A stretch of DNA of 64,000 bases, taken from positions 100,008-164,007 of the forward strand of contig CAZAMB010000005.1 in the NCBI GenBank assembly GCA_964486335.1. Direction: 5' to 3'. Source of the stretch: an uncultured Phycisphaera sp. (GTDB lineage: Bacteria > Planctomycetota > Phycisphaerae > UBA1845). Shown here piece after piece: positions 8,965-18,940 of the stretch. Made by a program: the position numbers and the translations under genes. Numbering within the stretch: position 1 is the first letter of the stretch; the number at the start of each line of letters is the position of its first letter. The notes beneath the pieces were generated by a model that was not told where the DNA came from, made no database searches, and saw only the letters and a list, made by a program, of their open reading frames with translations.

Positions 8965-9782
8965 TTCGATTCCTCGGCCTGCAAGGTCCTGAGAACCTCG
9001 GGCGAACAGCGACCCTCCACGAACCGGCGTACGCGCGCATCCTCGCTTCGATCGATGGCATCGGGCGATCCGTCAAAAATGAACCTTCCGCGAAAGAGCA
9101 TCACGATTCGGTCAGCGACCTTGCGAGCGCTGGCCATGTCGTGCGTCACGACCACACTCGTGACCGACAGCTCCCGCTTCAACTTGATGATCAATTCGTT
9201 GATCTCATCCGATCGCGGCGGATCAAGCCCTGTCGTCGGCTCGTCATACAAGATGACCTCCGGTTGCAGCGCGATGGCCCGAGCGAGCGCCACGCGCTTT
9301 TTCTGCCCGCCCGACAACTGTGCCGGCCACTTCGATTGAAGACCGTCCAGGCCCACCATGGCGAGCCGCTCCTTCACGATGCGATCAACCTCCGAACGCC
9401 TCTTGCGCGTATGTTCGAGCACCGGAAAGGCGACGTTTTGTCCCACCGTCATCGAATCGAACAACGCGCTGAGCTGAAAAAGATACCCGAATCGCGGTCG
9501 CAACTCAGCGAGTTTTCTTTCCGAGAGCTGATCGATCCGATCCTCGTGAAAATAGACCTCGCCACGATCAGGAGTCAACAACCGAACAATGTGGTTGAGA
9601 AGGACGCTCTTGCCCGATCCTGATTCGCCGATGATGACCGTCGTTTGTCCCGGCGTAAGGGCCAGATCGACACCCTCCAGAACCACCAGATCTCCAAACC
9701 GTTTGTGAACGCCGACCAATCGCACGATCGGGGCCGCGTGGCTGGAAGAAGGCGCGGAACTTGTGCAGATTCGGTCGATCAT
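8961..9782 (-). CDS. mlaF: ABC transporter ATP-binding protein (MlaF-like)
   Basis: 273 aa. Walker A GESGSGKS, signature LSGGQKKR and Walker B ILYDEPT are present. It has 4-nt overlaps with both neighbours. Confidence 0.9.
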   Translation of the reverse strand: MIDRICTSSAPSSSHAAPIVRLVGVHKRFGDLVVLEGVDLALTPGQTTVIIGESGSGKSVLLNHIVRLLTPDRGEVYFHEDRIDQLSERKLAELRPRFGYLFQLSALFDSMTVGQNVAFPVLEHTRKRRSEVDRIVKERLAMVGLDGLQSKWPAQLSGGQKKRVALARAIALQPEVILYDEPTTGLDPPRSDEINELIIKLKRELSVTSVVVTHDMASARKVADRIVMLFRGRFIFDGSPDAIDRSEDARVRRFVEGRCSPEVLRTLQAEESK

Positions 9783-10621
9783 CGAACGAGCGATTTGAAT
9801 CCGTAGACTCCCCGATACAACCCCGAAAGGAAGTAACCGACAAAAAAATCGGCGACAAGGATCGTGATGAAACTGACCACGAACGACTCCGTGCAGGCTC
9901 GTCCCACGCCTTCAGCGCCGGTCCGGCAATGAAATCCCTTGTAGCACGCGATCAGTCCGATGGCCCCCCCGAAAATGAAGCTCTTGGTGAATCCCACCAT
10001 CAAGTCCCATTTCTCGATTGCATTTTCGATGTAATACCAATAAGGCGAGGCCGGGATATTCTTGAGGTACACGGCGATGAACCAGCCCGCCAATGACCCG
10101 CATAGGTCGCAAAACACCGTCAGCAGCGGCGTCAACAGCAGGCACGCAAGGAATCGGGGAACCACCAGATAACGTACCGGATCGGCCCCCATCACCGTAA
10201 GCGCGTTGATCTGGTCGGTGACCCGCATGGTTCCCAATTCGGCCGTCAGCGCGCCGCCCACACGCCCCGCGACCATGACCCCGGCCAAAACCGGACCGAG
10301 CTCCTGAACGAGAGACAGCGTGACCAAGACCCCCATGCGCTGCTCGAACCCGGCTGCTTTTAATTGATCGTAACTTTGAATGGCTAGAACCAGGCCGACG
10401 AATGTACCCGTGACGGCAATGACCGGGACGGTCCGATTCCCGACCTCGTAGAAAAGTGGCATGGTTCTCGTCCAGGTGCGGAGTTGGATCACGCCCGGAA
10501 GAAGCCAGCGAATCATCTGCCAGGTGAACAGGCCGAACCGACCCAAAGCGGATAGCGTGCCGATCGTCCTGGAACCGACGAGGTCAAGCATCTGAGGGAT
10601 CCGTTTGCGATCAAGAATCAC
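9779..10621 (-). CDS. mlaE: ABC transporter permease (MlaE-like)
   Basis: 280 aa polytopic membrane protein of MlaE/Ttg2B style (LVQELGPVLAGVMVAGRVGGALTAELGTMRVTDQI). Confidence 0.88.
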   Translation of the reverse strand: MILDRKRIPQMLDLVGSRTIGTLSALGRFGLFTWQMIRWLLPGVIQLRTWTRTMPLFYEVGNRTVPVIAVTGTFVGLVLAIQSYDQLKAAGFEQRMGVLVTLSLVQELGPVLAGVMVAGRVGGALTAELGTMRVTDQINALTVMGADPVRYLVVPRFLACLLLTPLLTVFCDLCGSLAGWFIAVYLKNIPASPYWYYIENAIEKWDLMVGFTKSFIFGGAIGLIACYKGFHCRTGAEGVGRACTESFVVSFITILVADFFVGYFLSGLYRGVYGFKSLVR

Positions 10622-10788
10622 GGACTCGCGCCCGGTGCATCGAGTTCCCGCAATGAACCGAACCTGCCGACCGGCGAATCGGCGCGTATGTACAGGTGTT
10701 TATTGCGACTGTCAATTCGCCGATTCGGATCATTGGCCGCCGCAACCGCGCATTGTCGATGGATTCGCCAACGCTACGATAAGGCACC

Positions 10789-11562
10789 ATGATTTCAAGC
10801 GCCTCACGCCCAGTTTCCATCATTGTCCCCGCCTATCGTGAAGCGCCAAATATCCCGATCCTCGTGGAGCGAACGTTCGCGACCATGAACGCGGCGGGTC
10901 TTGATTCCGAAATGATCATCGTCGATGACGATTCACGCGACGGAACAGCAGAGGTGGTCCAGAGCCTTGCCCGACATCACCCCGTCCGTCTCCTCGTGAG
11001 GACGGACGAACGAGGGTTGTCGAGCGCGGTACTCGCCGGGTTTCAAATGGCGAAGTTTGAGCGATTCGTTGTACTCGACGCCGATCTTCAGCACCCACCC
11101 GAGGCCATCCCCGAACTGGTTCGCAAGCTTGACGATCCGAATTGTGATTTTGTTGTTGCATCCCGATACGTCGCCGCAGGCAAAGTTGCCGACACCTGGC
11201 CCGTCCATCGCCGACTGGCGAGCAAACTCGCTACACTATTGGCTAGGCCCCTGACGTCGGTCAGCGATCCTATGTCGGGGTTCTTTGCGTTGCGGCGTTC
11301 GACTTGGGACGCCGCCGATCGGTTGAACCCCATCGGCTACAAGATCGCTCTGGAGCTTTTCGTGAAGTGTCGTTGCCGCCATCCCTCGGAGGTGCCCATT
11401 CAATTTGCTACGCGCGTCGCGGGAACGAGCAAGGCCGGATTCGCGGAGGGGATGCGATATTTGAGACATTTGGTAAGCCTCTATTGGTTTCGGAGGCGTC
11501 GGCTGGTTGTTGCTGCGGCGGCGATCATTGCGACTTGCGTTATTGGGCTCGTATTCCGCTAA
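10789..11562 (+). CDS. Polyprenol-phosphate mannosyl/glycosyl transferase (GT2, Dpm1-like)
   Basis: 257 aa. Motifs: SIIVPAYREAPNI...IIVDDDSRDGT...VLDADLQHPP...GFFALRR. A C-terminal transmembrane segment is present. Confidence 0.85.
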   Translation: MISSASRPVSIIVPAYREAPNIPILVERTFATMNAAGLDSEMIIVDDDSRDGTAEVVQSLARHHPVRLLVRTDERGLSSAVLAGFQMAKFERFVVLDADLQHPPEAIPELVRKLDDPNCDFVVASRYVAAGKVADTWPVHRRLASKLATLLARPLTSVSDPMSGFFALRRSTWDAADRLNPIGYKIALELFVKCRCRHPSEVPIQFATRVAGTSKAGFAEGMRYLRHLVSLYWFRRRRLVVAAAAIIATCVIGLVFR

Positions 11563-11620
11563 TCGGCATTCGGCGATGAAATGGACTGTGGAATACGACC
11601 GGGCAGTCGCGTAAACTCTG

Positions 11621-12511
11621 GTGACGGAAGGCGACGTTGGATTCGCGACGTTGAAATTCGGAGAAGGAATGGAAGTCCGGCTGGCGACATCCCGTGGGTT
11701 CTGCTTCGGCGTGGAAGACGCCATTGAGTTGGCCGAGGCCGCCGTTGCCGATCATGGCGCCGGACGCGTCGTGGCCCTTGGTCCGGTGATCCACAATAAG
11801 CAAGTGGTCGGTCGGTTGGAGCAGGCCGGTTTGGACCAATCAGGCGACCTCGAAACCATTGACTCGACCAAGGTCGTCCTGGTTCGCTCACACGGAGCGA
11901 CTCCCGAAACAATGCAGCGGATTCAAAACCGCGGGCTGACCGTCGTCGACGCCACATGCGTTCTCGTCAAGCGGGCGCAGAGCGTCGTCAAGCAACTGTA
12001 CGACGAGGGGTACCATGTCGTCATGATCGGTGACCCGAACCACCCCGAGGTGAAGGGGGTCATCGGCTACGCACCCGTTGTGACGGTGATTGATGATGAC
12101 TCCAATCTGGAAGAATCGCTGCCGTTCAAGGAACGGCTCGGCATCGTGGCGCAGACGACCCATTCTCCGGAGCATGTCGCCAAGGTGATCGCCAAGATTC
12201 TTGTGCGGCCCTACCGCGAAGTCAAAATCGTCAACACGCTATGCCTTGAGGTCACGCGCAGGCAGGAGGCTGCGATCGCCCTTTGCGGCGAAGTGGACGT
12301 CATGTTTGTTCTTGGCGGATTCCACTCCGCCAACACCAGGGAAATGGCCAGGCTCTGCCGCGAGGCCGGGACCGAAACCTATCACATTGAAACCTGGGAA
12401 CAATTCACCCCCGACATGGTGAACGGCAAGCGCGTCGCCGGTGTGACGGCCGGCGCTTCCACGCCGGAGTGGGTCATCGCCGAGTTTGCCCGAAACCTCG
12501 AAAGCATTTGA
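11621..12511 (+). CDS. ispH: 4-hydroxy-3-methylbut-2-enyl diphosphate reductase
   Basis: 296 aa. Motifs: RGFCFGVEDAI, GPVIHN, DATCVLV, AQTT, NTLC and SANT, typical of IspH/LytB. Confidence 0.92.
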   Translation: MTEGDVGFATLKFGEGMEVRLATSRGFCFGVEDAIELAEAAVADHGAGRVVALGPVIHNKQVVGRLEQAGLDQSGDLETIDSTKVVLVRSHGATPETMQRIQNRGLTVVDATCVLVKRAQSVVKQLYDEGYHVVMIGDPNHPEVKGVIGYAPVVTVIDDDSNLEESLPFKERLGIVAQTTHSPEHVAKVIAKILVRPYREVKIVNTLCLEVTRRQEAAIALCGEVDVMFVLGGFHSANTREMARLCREAGTETYHIETWEQFTPDMVNGKRVAGVTAGASTPEWVIAEFARNLESI

Positions 12512-12805
12512 TCGCATCGGTAAAGTATGTCGGCAAATAGAGCCGCGGAGCCTGCCCTTTAGGCGAAGCGTCAAGGGTAAGGGAGCGGTGTCTTGCCTTG
12601 AAACTACGCCAATTCCGCTGCTTGATGAGTGCGACTCGGCGCAAAGCTCCTCGATGCCCATAGGGTTCTTTCAATGGACTTGAACCGATTCCGCTTCCTC
12701 GCCGTGTCGCTCTAATTCAAGCCCCTGCGCGCTCGACAGATTCAAGCTTCGGCCTATCCTTGTGATGGTGTCCGTTCAATATCGAACCAGGAGAGAGGGT
12801 GAACC

Positions 12806-13045
12806 ATGGCTGATCCGAAACACGGTGCTCGTCCGATGGTAGTCGAGGAAACGGTGGGCAAAAAGGCATACTGCCAATGCGGATGGTCGGAAAGACTCCC
12901 CTATTGCGACGGTGCCCATAGCCGCATGGGCACGGGACTCAGCCCCATCGTCGTGGAAGTAGCGGCACCGGGTCGAAAATCCGTCTGTCAGTGTCATCAA
13001 AGCAAAAACAAACCGTGGTGCGACGGGAGCCATTCGCGCCTGTGA
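12806..13045 (+). CDS. CDGSH iron-sulfur domain protein
   Basis: 79 aa with two CDGSH-type motifs: CQCGWSERLPYCDGAHS and CQCHQSKNKPWCDGSHS. Confidence 0.88.
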   Translation: MADPKHGARPMVVEETVGKKAYCQCGWSERLPYCDGAHSRMGTGLSPIVVEVAAPGRKSVCQCHQSKNKPWCDGSHSRL

Positions 13046-13217
13046 TCCGTCAGGATGCCAAAAAATGGCCCGATGATGGGGCCTCGGCGAGGTAACGCGA
13101 AATCCATGCGCGTTCAGCAAAGAGCCTATCTCAAGTACAAGGCGAGCTGCGAACTTCAGTTCGCGCGGACTTCCAAAGGGCGATGATGCACTAGGCTCTA
13201 AAGACAAGCGGCGGCTG

Positions 13218-14687
13218 ATGATCATTTCAACTCTTTGGTGGTTGTGCTTTTGGACGGCGACGGGACTCTGCGTCGGGAGTTTTCTCAACGCCGTGATCTA
13301 CCGCATTCCTCGCGGAAAGTCGTTGCGCGCGCCGCTTTGGTCCGCTTGTCCGTTCTGCCGGTATCGCATCGCATGGTACGACAATATTCCCATTGTCAGC
13401 TTTCTGTTGCTGGGCGGTCGTTGCCGGAAATGCAACGTTCCGATTCCGACGCGATACCTGGTGATCGAGGCGGTAACTGCCGTTGTCGTCCTCATGCTGG
13501 TGGATGCCTTTCTGATCGGCCAGGTTCGCGACGGACTGAGTCGCAGCGAGTTCGGATTGACCGACCGCCTTTCATTCGACTGGCCGATTCTCGTGGCTCA
13601 TATCGTGCTCTTTGCCTGTTTGTTCGCCATGTCCGCGATCGACCTCGAGCATTACTGGGTTGATATTCGCTTCACTAACCTCGTCGTCGTCGCCGGGTTC
13701 GCGTTTCACGTGCTTTGGACGCCGCCGCACAGTCGGACATGGCTTCGGCCTTCCGACACACTTGCTGTCATGTCGTTGTGTGCACTGACCGGACTCGCCC
13801 TAGTCTGGATCGTCCTGTGCTGTCGTCCGCAAGTAGACCCCGAGGATTTCGGTGAACCCGTTGAACACGCCGATCCTTCGCCGCCCGCCGACGACCGCGC
13901 ACCCGGTTTGCCGCCTCCCTCGCTGTCGGCGCCGTCGCGCACCGGAGGATGGATCGCGTTGTTCGTTTTGGCCGCGCTCGTCGTCGTGATGTTCCTCGCG
14001 GAATCCCATGTAGCCCCGCTTCGGCATACGGGACGCGCACTGGCCCCGCTGGGTTTCCTGTTCGTATTGATTCTCTCACAGAGCATTTTGTCGCGCGATT
14101 CCGATCACGCCATCATGGAAGCGATCGACGAGGAAAGCGGAACGGCCCGTCGAATGGTCGCAGAGGAACTGCTGTTGATCGCTCCAGCCATTGTGCTCGC
14201 CCTCGTCGGATGGTGGATCATGTCCGGCGGCGAGTACGTCGCCCGCATCTCCGAGTCCCTGCACGCCTCAATGCAAATCGATGCTCTGGCGCTCTTTCGT
14301 CGATGGGCTCCGTTGGAGGGATTCTGCACGGCCGCTACCGGATACGTTGTGGCCGGTGCGCTGGGCTGGGCGGTGCGCATCGCATTCACGTTGTTGTTCG
14401 GCAAGGAAGCTTTCGGAACCGGAGATATTCATTTGATGGCCGCCGCGGGATGCGTCGCCGGCTGGCAAGTCGTCCTCCTCGGCTTTTTCCTGACGTGCGG
14501 GCTGGCCCTTGCCGGTTGGGTCATCGCTCTTCCGTTCAAACGAACGCGAGCACTACCCCTGGGGCCTTGGCTCTCTTTTTCGTTCTTGATCGTGACGATA
14601 TTCTATCAGCAAATCATGCAATGGCCGATGCTTGCGCGCGGACTCGAAACGGCAGGGTGGCTCCTTGGCTACCGAACTTCGTCTTAA
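13218..14687 (+). CDS. pilD: Prepilin peptidase (A24 family) with a long internal insertion
   Basis: 489 aa. The N-terminus has CPFCRYRI...CRKCNVPI (a zinc-binding module). The putative catalytic Asp residues lie in SAIDLEHYWV (D142) and GTGDIHLMAAAG (D403). Confidence 0.82.
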   Translation: MIISTLWWLCFWTATGLCVGSFLNAVIYRIPRGKSLRAPLWSACPFCRYRIAWYDNIPIVSFLLLGGRCRKCNVPIPTRYLVIEAVTAVVVLMLVDAFLIGQVRDGLSRSEFGLTDRLSFDWPILVAHIVLFACLFAMSAIDLEHYWVDIRFTNLVVVAGFAFHVLWTPPHSRTWLRPSDTLAVMSLCALTGLALVWIVLCCRPQVDPEDFGEPVEHADPSPPADDRAPGLPPPSLSAPSRTGGWIALFVLAALVVVMFLAESHVAPLRHTGRALAPLGFLFVLILSQSILSRDSDHAIMEAIDEESGTARRMVAEELLLIAPAIVLALVGWWIMSGGEYVARISESLHASMQIDALALFRRWAPLEGFCTAATGYVVAGALGWAVRIAFTLLFGKEAFGTGDIHLMAAAGCVAGWQVVLLGFFLTCGLALAGWVIALPFKRTRALPLGPWLSFSFLIVTIFYQQIMQWPMLARGLETAGWLLGYRTSS

Positions 14688-14716
14688 CCGCGCGCACATG
14701 GAGGAATTCGCTTGCC

Positions 14717-15076
14717 ATGAAACGCTGGGCAGTTTATCTTCGCGGCATTCTCGTCCTGCTCGTCGCGGGCGCGATCGGCCTTGTCCTGTTTCAGAACCGC
14801 TCTTACAAGGTCAACTTGTGGTTCTTTGGATTGACCGACGCGAGCAAGCAGGTAAACGTCGTTTGGGTGATGGTCTGGACGGCTGGTTTCACCCGCGCCG
14901 CTTGGTGGCTTTTTTCATTCGGACGGGGATTGATCCGCGACGTTCGTGAGCTTCGGCGAAATAACGCTTTGGTCGCGACGGAGCAGGCGTATGCGAAACG
15001 CGCTGCCGAGTTGGACGAGCGTGAACGGCTGATTGAGGAAAGAAAACGCCGGTCAGAAACGACGAATGACGAGTGA
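14717..15076 (+). CDS. Small membrane protein (LapA/DUF1049-like) with charged C-terminal helix
   Basis: These are the last 119 codons of ORF 13949..15076. MKRWAVYLRGILVLLVAGAIGLVLF is one transmembrane segment, followed by a second, then a coiled charged tail. The upstream part of the long ORF overlaps pilD in another frame and is discounted. Confidence 0.5.
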   Translation: MKRWAVYLRGILVLLVAGAIGLVLFQNRSYKVNLWFFGLTDASKQVNVVWVMVWTAGFTRAAWWLFSFGRGLIRDVRELRRNNALVATEQAYAKRAAELDERERLIEERKRRSETTNDE

Positions 15077-15126
15077 GGGGATTGGAAGGAACGATTTCGC
15101 GAAAGCGGGAAGCAAGGAGAACGCAA

Positions 15127-15798
15127 ATGAACGGTCGGGTGACGTTTCGGGTGGCGATGTTGTTGGGCGGCTTGGTTTTTGCCGGAGGGTGCGCCAACCC
15201 GAAGAACATGGCGGACCTCGAAGCGCAGAATCAAAACCTGCGCAATCAGTTGAACCGCGCCGGCAGCGATCTCGCCTCTGCCATGAAGGAACGGGATCTC
15301 ATCAACGATCGGTTAAAAGCCGCCTTGCGCGACGCCGACGCCCTGAAGGCCGAGCTTGCCGGTCGTCCCGTGATCGAACCGACTCCGCCCGGCTGGACGG
15401 CGGTTCCCGGCGGGGGCATGATCGCCATTGAGGAAAATATTCTTTTCGCTCCCGGCAAGGCGGTGCTGCGCGATGACGCACGCCGAACGCTCGACTCGAT
15501 CGTCAGCACCTTGGGCGGCGAATACGGCGACAAGGACATCATGGTCTTCGGCCACACCGATGACCGACCGATCAAGAAAAGCGGATGGCAAGACAACTGG
15601 CAGCTCAGCACCGAGCGAGGCCTCGCGGTTGTTCGATACCTCAAGGAACACGGCATAGCGCCGGAACGGCTGGTCGCGGCCGGCTGTGGTGAGTTTCGAC
15701 CCCGCACGCCGAATACTTCCGAACCGAACCGACTGTCAAATCGCCGCGTGGAAATCTTCGCCATCGACGCCCAGCCGGGAACGGGACGCGGTCGATAG
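15127..15798 (+). CDS. OmpA/MotB-domain lipoprotein
   Basis: The internal Met at 15127 gives MNGRVTFRVAMLLGGLVFAGGC, a lipobox-like signal. A coiled-coil segment follows. The C-terminal OmpA-like domain is FGHTDDRPI...LSTERGLAVVRYL...NRRVEI. Confidence 0.85.
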   Translation: MNGRVTFRVAMLLGGLVFAGGCANPKNMADLEAQNQNLRNQLNRAGSDLASAMKERDLINDRLKAALRDADALKAELAGRPVIEPTPPGWTAVPGGGMIAIEENILFAPGKAVLRDDARRTLDSIVSTLGGEYGDKDIMVFGHTDDRPIKKSGWQDNWQLSTERGLAVVRYLKEHGIAPERLVAAGCGEFRPRTPNTSEPNRLSNRRVEIFAIDAQPGTGRGR

Positions 15799-15855
15799 CC
15801 TCGACTCTATACGTTGTGGATTGAAGTTGCTCAGCGTTGGATTGGGTGGATGGCC

Positions 15856-16101
15856 TCAGGCGGAATCGCCATCGGTCCGCACTTCGAAAGGAACAACTTC
15901 GACACCGCCGTCAGTCCGCGCTTGTATCTGTTGAATTCGGTGTTCGGCTTTGGCGAGGAAGTCGCGGCACTGCTTGACCAGCGCCATTCCCTCTGCATAC
16001 CTCTCTATGGATTCTTCCAGTCCGATCTGACCACGCTCGATCTGGTCGGCAATCGTTTCTAGCTGTTTAAGCGCTTCTTCAAATGTCGGTTTCTTCGCCA
16101 T
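15856..16101 (-). CDS. xseB: Exodeoxyribonuclease VII small subunit
   Basis: 81 aa. FEEALKQLETIADQIERGQIGLEESIERYAEGMALVKQC is the typical XseB sequence. Confidence 0.9.
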   Translation of the reverse strand: MAKKPTFEEALKQLETIADQIERGQIGLEESIERYAEGMALVKQCRDFLAKAEHRIQQIQARTDGGVEVVPFEVRTDGDSA

Positions 16102-16246
16102 CGTTGATCACGCCTATATTGTCCTTGAAGCACCATCGCCGCAAGCCCCAATCTCGATTCGCGGTTCGCATCAGTCGCTTTCTCACGGGCCGGGTTGTTT
16201 GCAATTGCCGGCAGTCGTAGACTGGTCGGTTCGGAGAGCCACTTTC

Positions 16247-16828
16247 ATGGCCGAATGCAACGCAAACCTGTGGGCCCCCTGGCGAATGGAATACATTCGT
16301 TCGCTGGGCGAAGAAGTCGCCCAGAGTGGTTGTTTTCTTTGCTCCTATTGGGATAAACCAAACGAAGATCAGAAGAATCATGTCATCTGGCGAACGCCGG
16401 CGGCCTTCGTCGTCATGAATCGCTTCCCCTACACAAACGGACACCTTCTGGCCTGCATTGCTGTTCATAAGGCAGATCTGTCCGATCTGACCGACGGCGA
16501 ACTCACGGAGATGACAAGGATGACGCGGGACGCCGTTTCCGTTCTCTGCGACACGATCAAGCCTCAGGGATTCAACATCGGGTACAATCTCGGGCGCTGC
16601 GCCGGCGCGGGATTGCCCGGTCACCTGCACTCCCACATTGTCCCTCGGTGGTCGGGCGACACGAACTTCATGGCCGTGGTGGGCGGGACACGCGTGATCC
16701 CGGATTCACTGGATGCCCTTTATCGTGAATTGCGTTCCGCCGCCCAACGCAAGGGGCTTATCCATCCCGCCTCCAATTTCGCTCCACTGCCGGTATCGGA
16801 TTCGAATCGTGCACAAGATGCGGGATGA
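16247..16828 (+). CDS. HIT-family nucleotide hydrolase or transferase
   Basis: Motifs: NLWAPWRMEYI, FVVMNRFPYTNGHLL and the histidine triad GHLHSHIVPRW. The start is taken at the internal Met (16247). Confidence 0.85.
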   Translation: MAECNANLWAPWRMEYIRSLGEEVAQSGCFLCSYWDKPNEDQKNHVIWRTPAAFVVMNRFPYTNGHLLACIAVHKADLSDLTDGELTEMTRMTRDAVSVLCDTIKPQGFNIGYNLGRCAGAGLPGHLHSHIVPRWSGDTNFMAVVGGTRVIPDSLDALYRELRSAAQRKGLIHPASNFAPLPVSDSNRAQDAG

Positions 16829-16835
16829 ATGTCGG

Positions 16836-17957
16836 ATGAACTTTACCGGCTCCTTTCACGCAACCGACCGGCGTCATTCAGAACAGCCTGATCCGTATCG
16901 CGGACCCTTCGAACTCGATCGTCATCGCATCGTGGAATGCACGGCTTTTCGTAGACTCGATCAGAAGACCCAGGTCTTTGCCACCACGTTCCATGACCAC
17001 TTCCGCACGCGCCTGACCCACACGCTGGAAGTTGCCCAGATCGCAAGGTGTCTCGCCGCCAACCTCCATGCGAATGAACCGCTCTGCGAGGCCATCGCCC
17101 TTGCACACGATCTTGGGCATCCTCCGTTCGGCCATGCCGGAGAGGCGGCGCTCAACGAAGTCATGTCAAACCATGGCGGATTCAATCACAACGCCCATTC
17201 GCTTCGGGTTGTTGAGTATCTCGAGCATCCCTTTCCCGGCTTTCGAGGCCTGAACTTGACTTGGGCGACACTAGAAGGACTTCAAGCCCACGCCACCCGA
17301 TACGATCAGCCGAGCACCGATTCGACGACCTCCTCACTCTCCGCGCCGACCGAATTGGGTTTCGGTGCAGCCGGCCCGAATCGATCCCATCCCAAGGACG
17401 GCGTGTCGCTGGAGGCGCGGATCACGTCACTGGCCGATCGCCTTGCCTACAATCTCCACGACATGGAGGACGCGATCGGCGCGGGCCTATTGAAGCAGAA
17501 TGATCTGGAAAACCTTCCGATCTGGATGGATGCATTTGCGAAGGCGAACCGTGACAACCAGGTCAAAAGTATCTTCGCAGTCCGCCGCTCCGTATTGGAT
17601 GCGATGCTTGACGCCGTTTTGGCGGATGCAATCGCTGTTCCGAAACCGTTCACTGGTTTGTCACCTGAATGCGACGCGGAATTGACTGAACTCGAGGTTC
17701 TCTTGCGAGAACGCGTATACGGCAGTCCCGATGTCGCCCGCGCTGACACGGAGGCTCAGTCCTTGATTCAAAGTCTCTTTGCCGTTTACACGCAGGACCC
17801 GCTTCGGCTTCCTGATCGCTTCCAACGACGAATCGCCCAGCAAGGCCGACATCGAGTGGTCTGCGATTACATCGCCGGCATGACCGACCGTTTTTGCAAA
17901 GCCGAGGCAATAAGGATGTGCGTGACGCCGCGCACTCCAGACCGCTGCCCGGAATGA
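16836..17957 (+). CDS. dGTPase-like HD-domain triphosphohydrolase
   Basis: Motifs: FRTRLTHTLEVAQIAR...LAHDLGHPPFGH...GFNHNAHSLRVV. The C-terminus DYIAGMTDRF is typical of the Dgt family. The start is ambiguous between 16818 and 16836. Confidence 0.85.
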   Translation: MNFTGSFHATDRRHSEQPDPYRGPFELDRHRIVECTAFRRLDQKTQVFATTFHDHFRTRLTHTLEVAQIARCLAANLHANEPLCEAIALAHDLGHPPFGHAGEAALNEVMSNHGGFNHNAHSLRVVEYLEHPFPGFRGLNLTWATLEGLQAHATRYDQPSTDSTTSSLSAPTELGFGAAGPNRSHPKDGVSLEARITSLADRLAYNLHDMEDAIGAGLLKQNDLENLPIWMDAFAKANRDNQVKSIFAVRRSVLDAMLDAVLADAIAVPKPFTGLSPECDAELTELEVLLRERVYGSPDVARADTEAQSLIQSLFAVYTQDPLRLPDRFQRRIAQQGRHRVVCDYIAGMTDRFCKAEAIRMCVTPRTPDRCPE

Positions 17958-18172
17958 CCGCACGTCGATCGCCCGTGCCCATTCCCGACCCTAAACGTCT
18001 CCTGATTAGTTGCGTCCGCACAATCAAGCCAGGATCGTCTCAGGGCTGGGTGTGGGCGATGCTCGGTTTCTGCCAAACAGCAATCATCGACGCCGAGTGG
18101 CTTTCGCAATGGTTTCCGGTATAGTTTACGCTCAGTGTTCGACGCTAACTCCCGTCGCGAGGACGCGAAATC

Positions 18173-18940
18173 GTGCAATTACTGATCCCGATCAAGAAGC
18201 GCCTGGCCGAGAACCTTCAGCGCACGCACGACCGAATCCACGAGGCTTGTCACCGCGCCAACCGCGACCCTGCGGAAATCACCCTCGTCGCCGTCACCAA
18301 GTACGCGGAACTTCAGCATATCAATGCTTTGTTGGAGTTGGGCGTCGTCGATATCGGTGAAAGCCGCGTTCAGGAGCTTTCCCGCCGAGCGGCGGCGATC
18401 CAGGAATCCGCCGCGGCACGATCGTCGGGCCTTCCACTGCCGCGCTGGCACATGATCGGCCACCTTCAACGAAACAAAATTCGGCCGCTGCTTCCTTGGG
18501 CCTCGTTGATCCATTCCGTGGACAGTCTGCGACTTGCCGAGGAGATCGATACCGAATCAGCCCGCCTAGACCGCGTGCAGCCGGTACTGTTGGAGGTCAA
18601 CGCGAGCGGCGAATCCACCAAACAGGGAATCGCCGTCGCCGCCGCGACGCATTTTGTCGAGCAATGCTCAACACTGAAGAATCTTGAACTTCGCGGACTC
18701 ATGGCCATGGCCCCGCTGACCGACGATGCGGGCGTTATCCGCGGGGCCTTTGAGCGAGTGAGAGAATTGTTTGAGGAGATCATCACCGAAAGGTGCTGCG
18801 GACCGCAATTCCGTGACCTCTCCATCGGAATGAGCAACGATTTTGAACACGCCATTGAGTTCGGCGCGACGATCGTTCGCATCGGCTCCGCCTTATTCGA
18901 TGGTATCGAGCTTGCAACCCAACCAACCGCCGCCGATTGA
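18173..18940 (+). CDS. yggS: YggS-family pyridoxal-phosphate homeostasis protein
   Basis: 255 aa. Motifs: LVAVTKY (PLP lysine), GESRVQE, HMIGHLQRNK, LSIGMSNDFE.AIE.GATIVRIGSALF. Confidence 0.9.
   Translation: MQLLIPIKKRLAENLQRTHDRIHEACHRANRDPAEITLVAVTKYAELQHINALLELGVVDIGESRVQELSRRAAAIQESAAARSSGLPLPRWHMIGHLQRNKIRPLLPWASLIHSVDSLRLAEEIDTESARLDRVQPVLLEVNASGESTKQGIAVAAATHFVEQCSTLKNLELRGLMAMAPLTDDAGVIRGAFERVRELFEEIITERCCGPQFRDLSIGMSNDFEHAIEFGATIVRIGSALFDGIELATQPTAAD

Noticed and set aside
13949-14716. 5' part of ORF 13949..15076 (375 aa)
   Set aside because: It overlaps pilD in another frame and is Arg/Gly-rich nonsense typical of high-GC alternative frames. Only the last 119 codons, a membrane protein, were kept.
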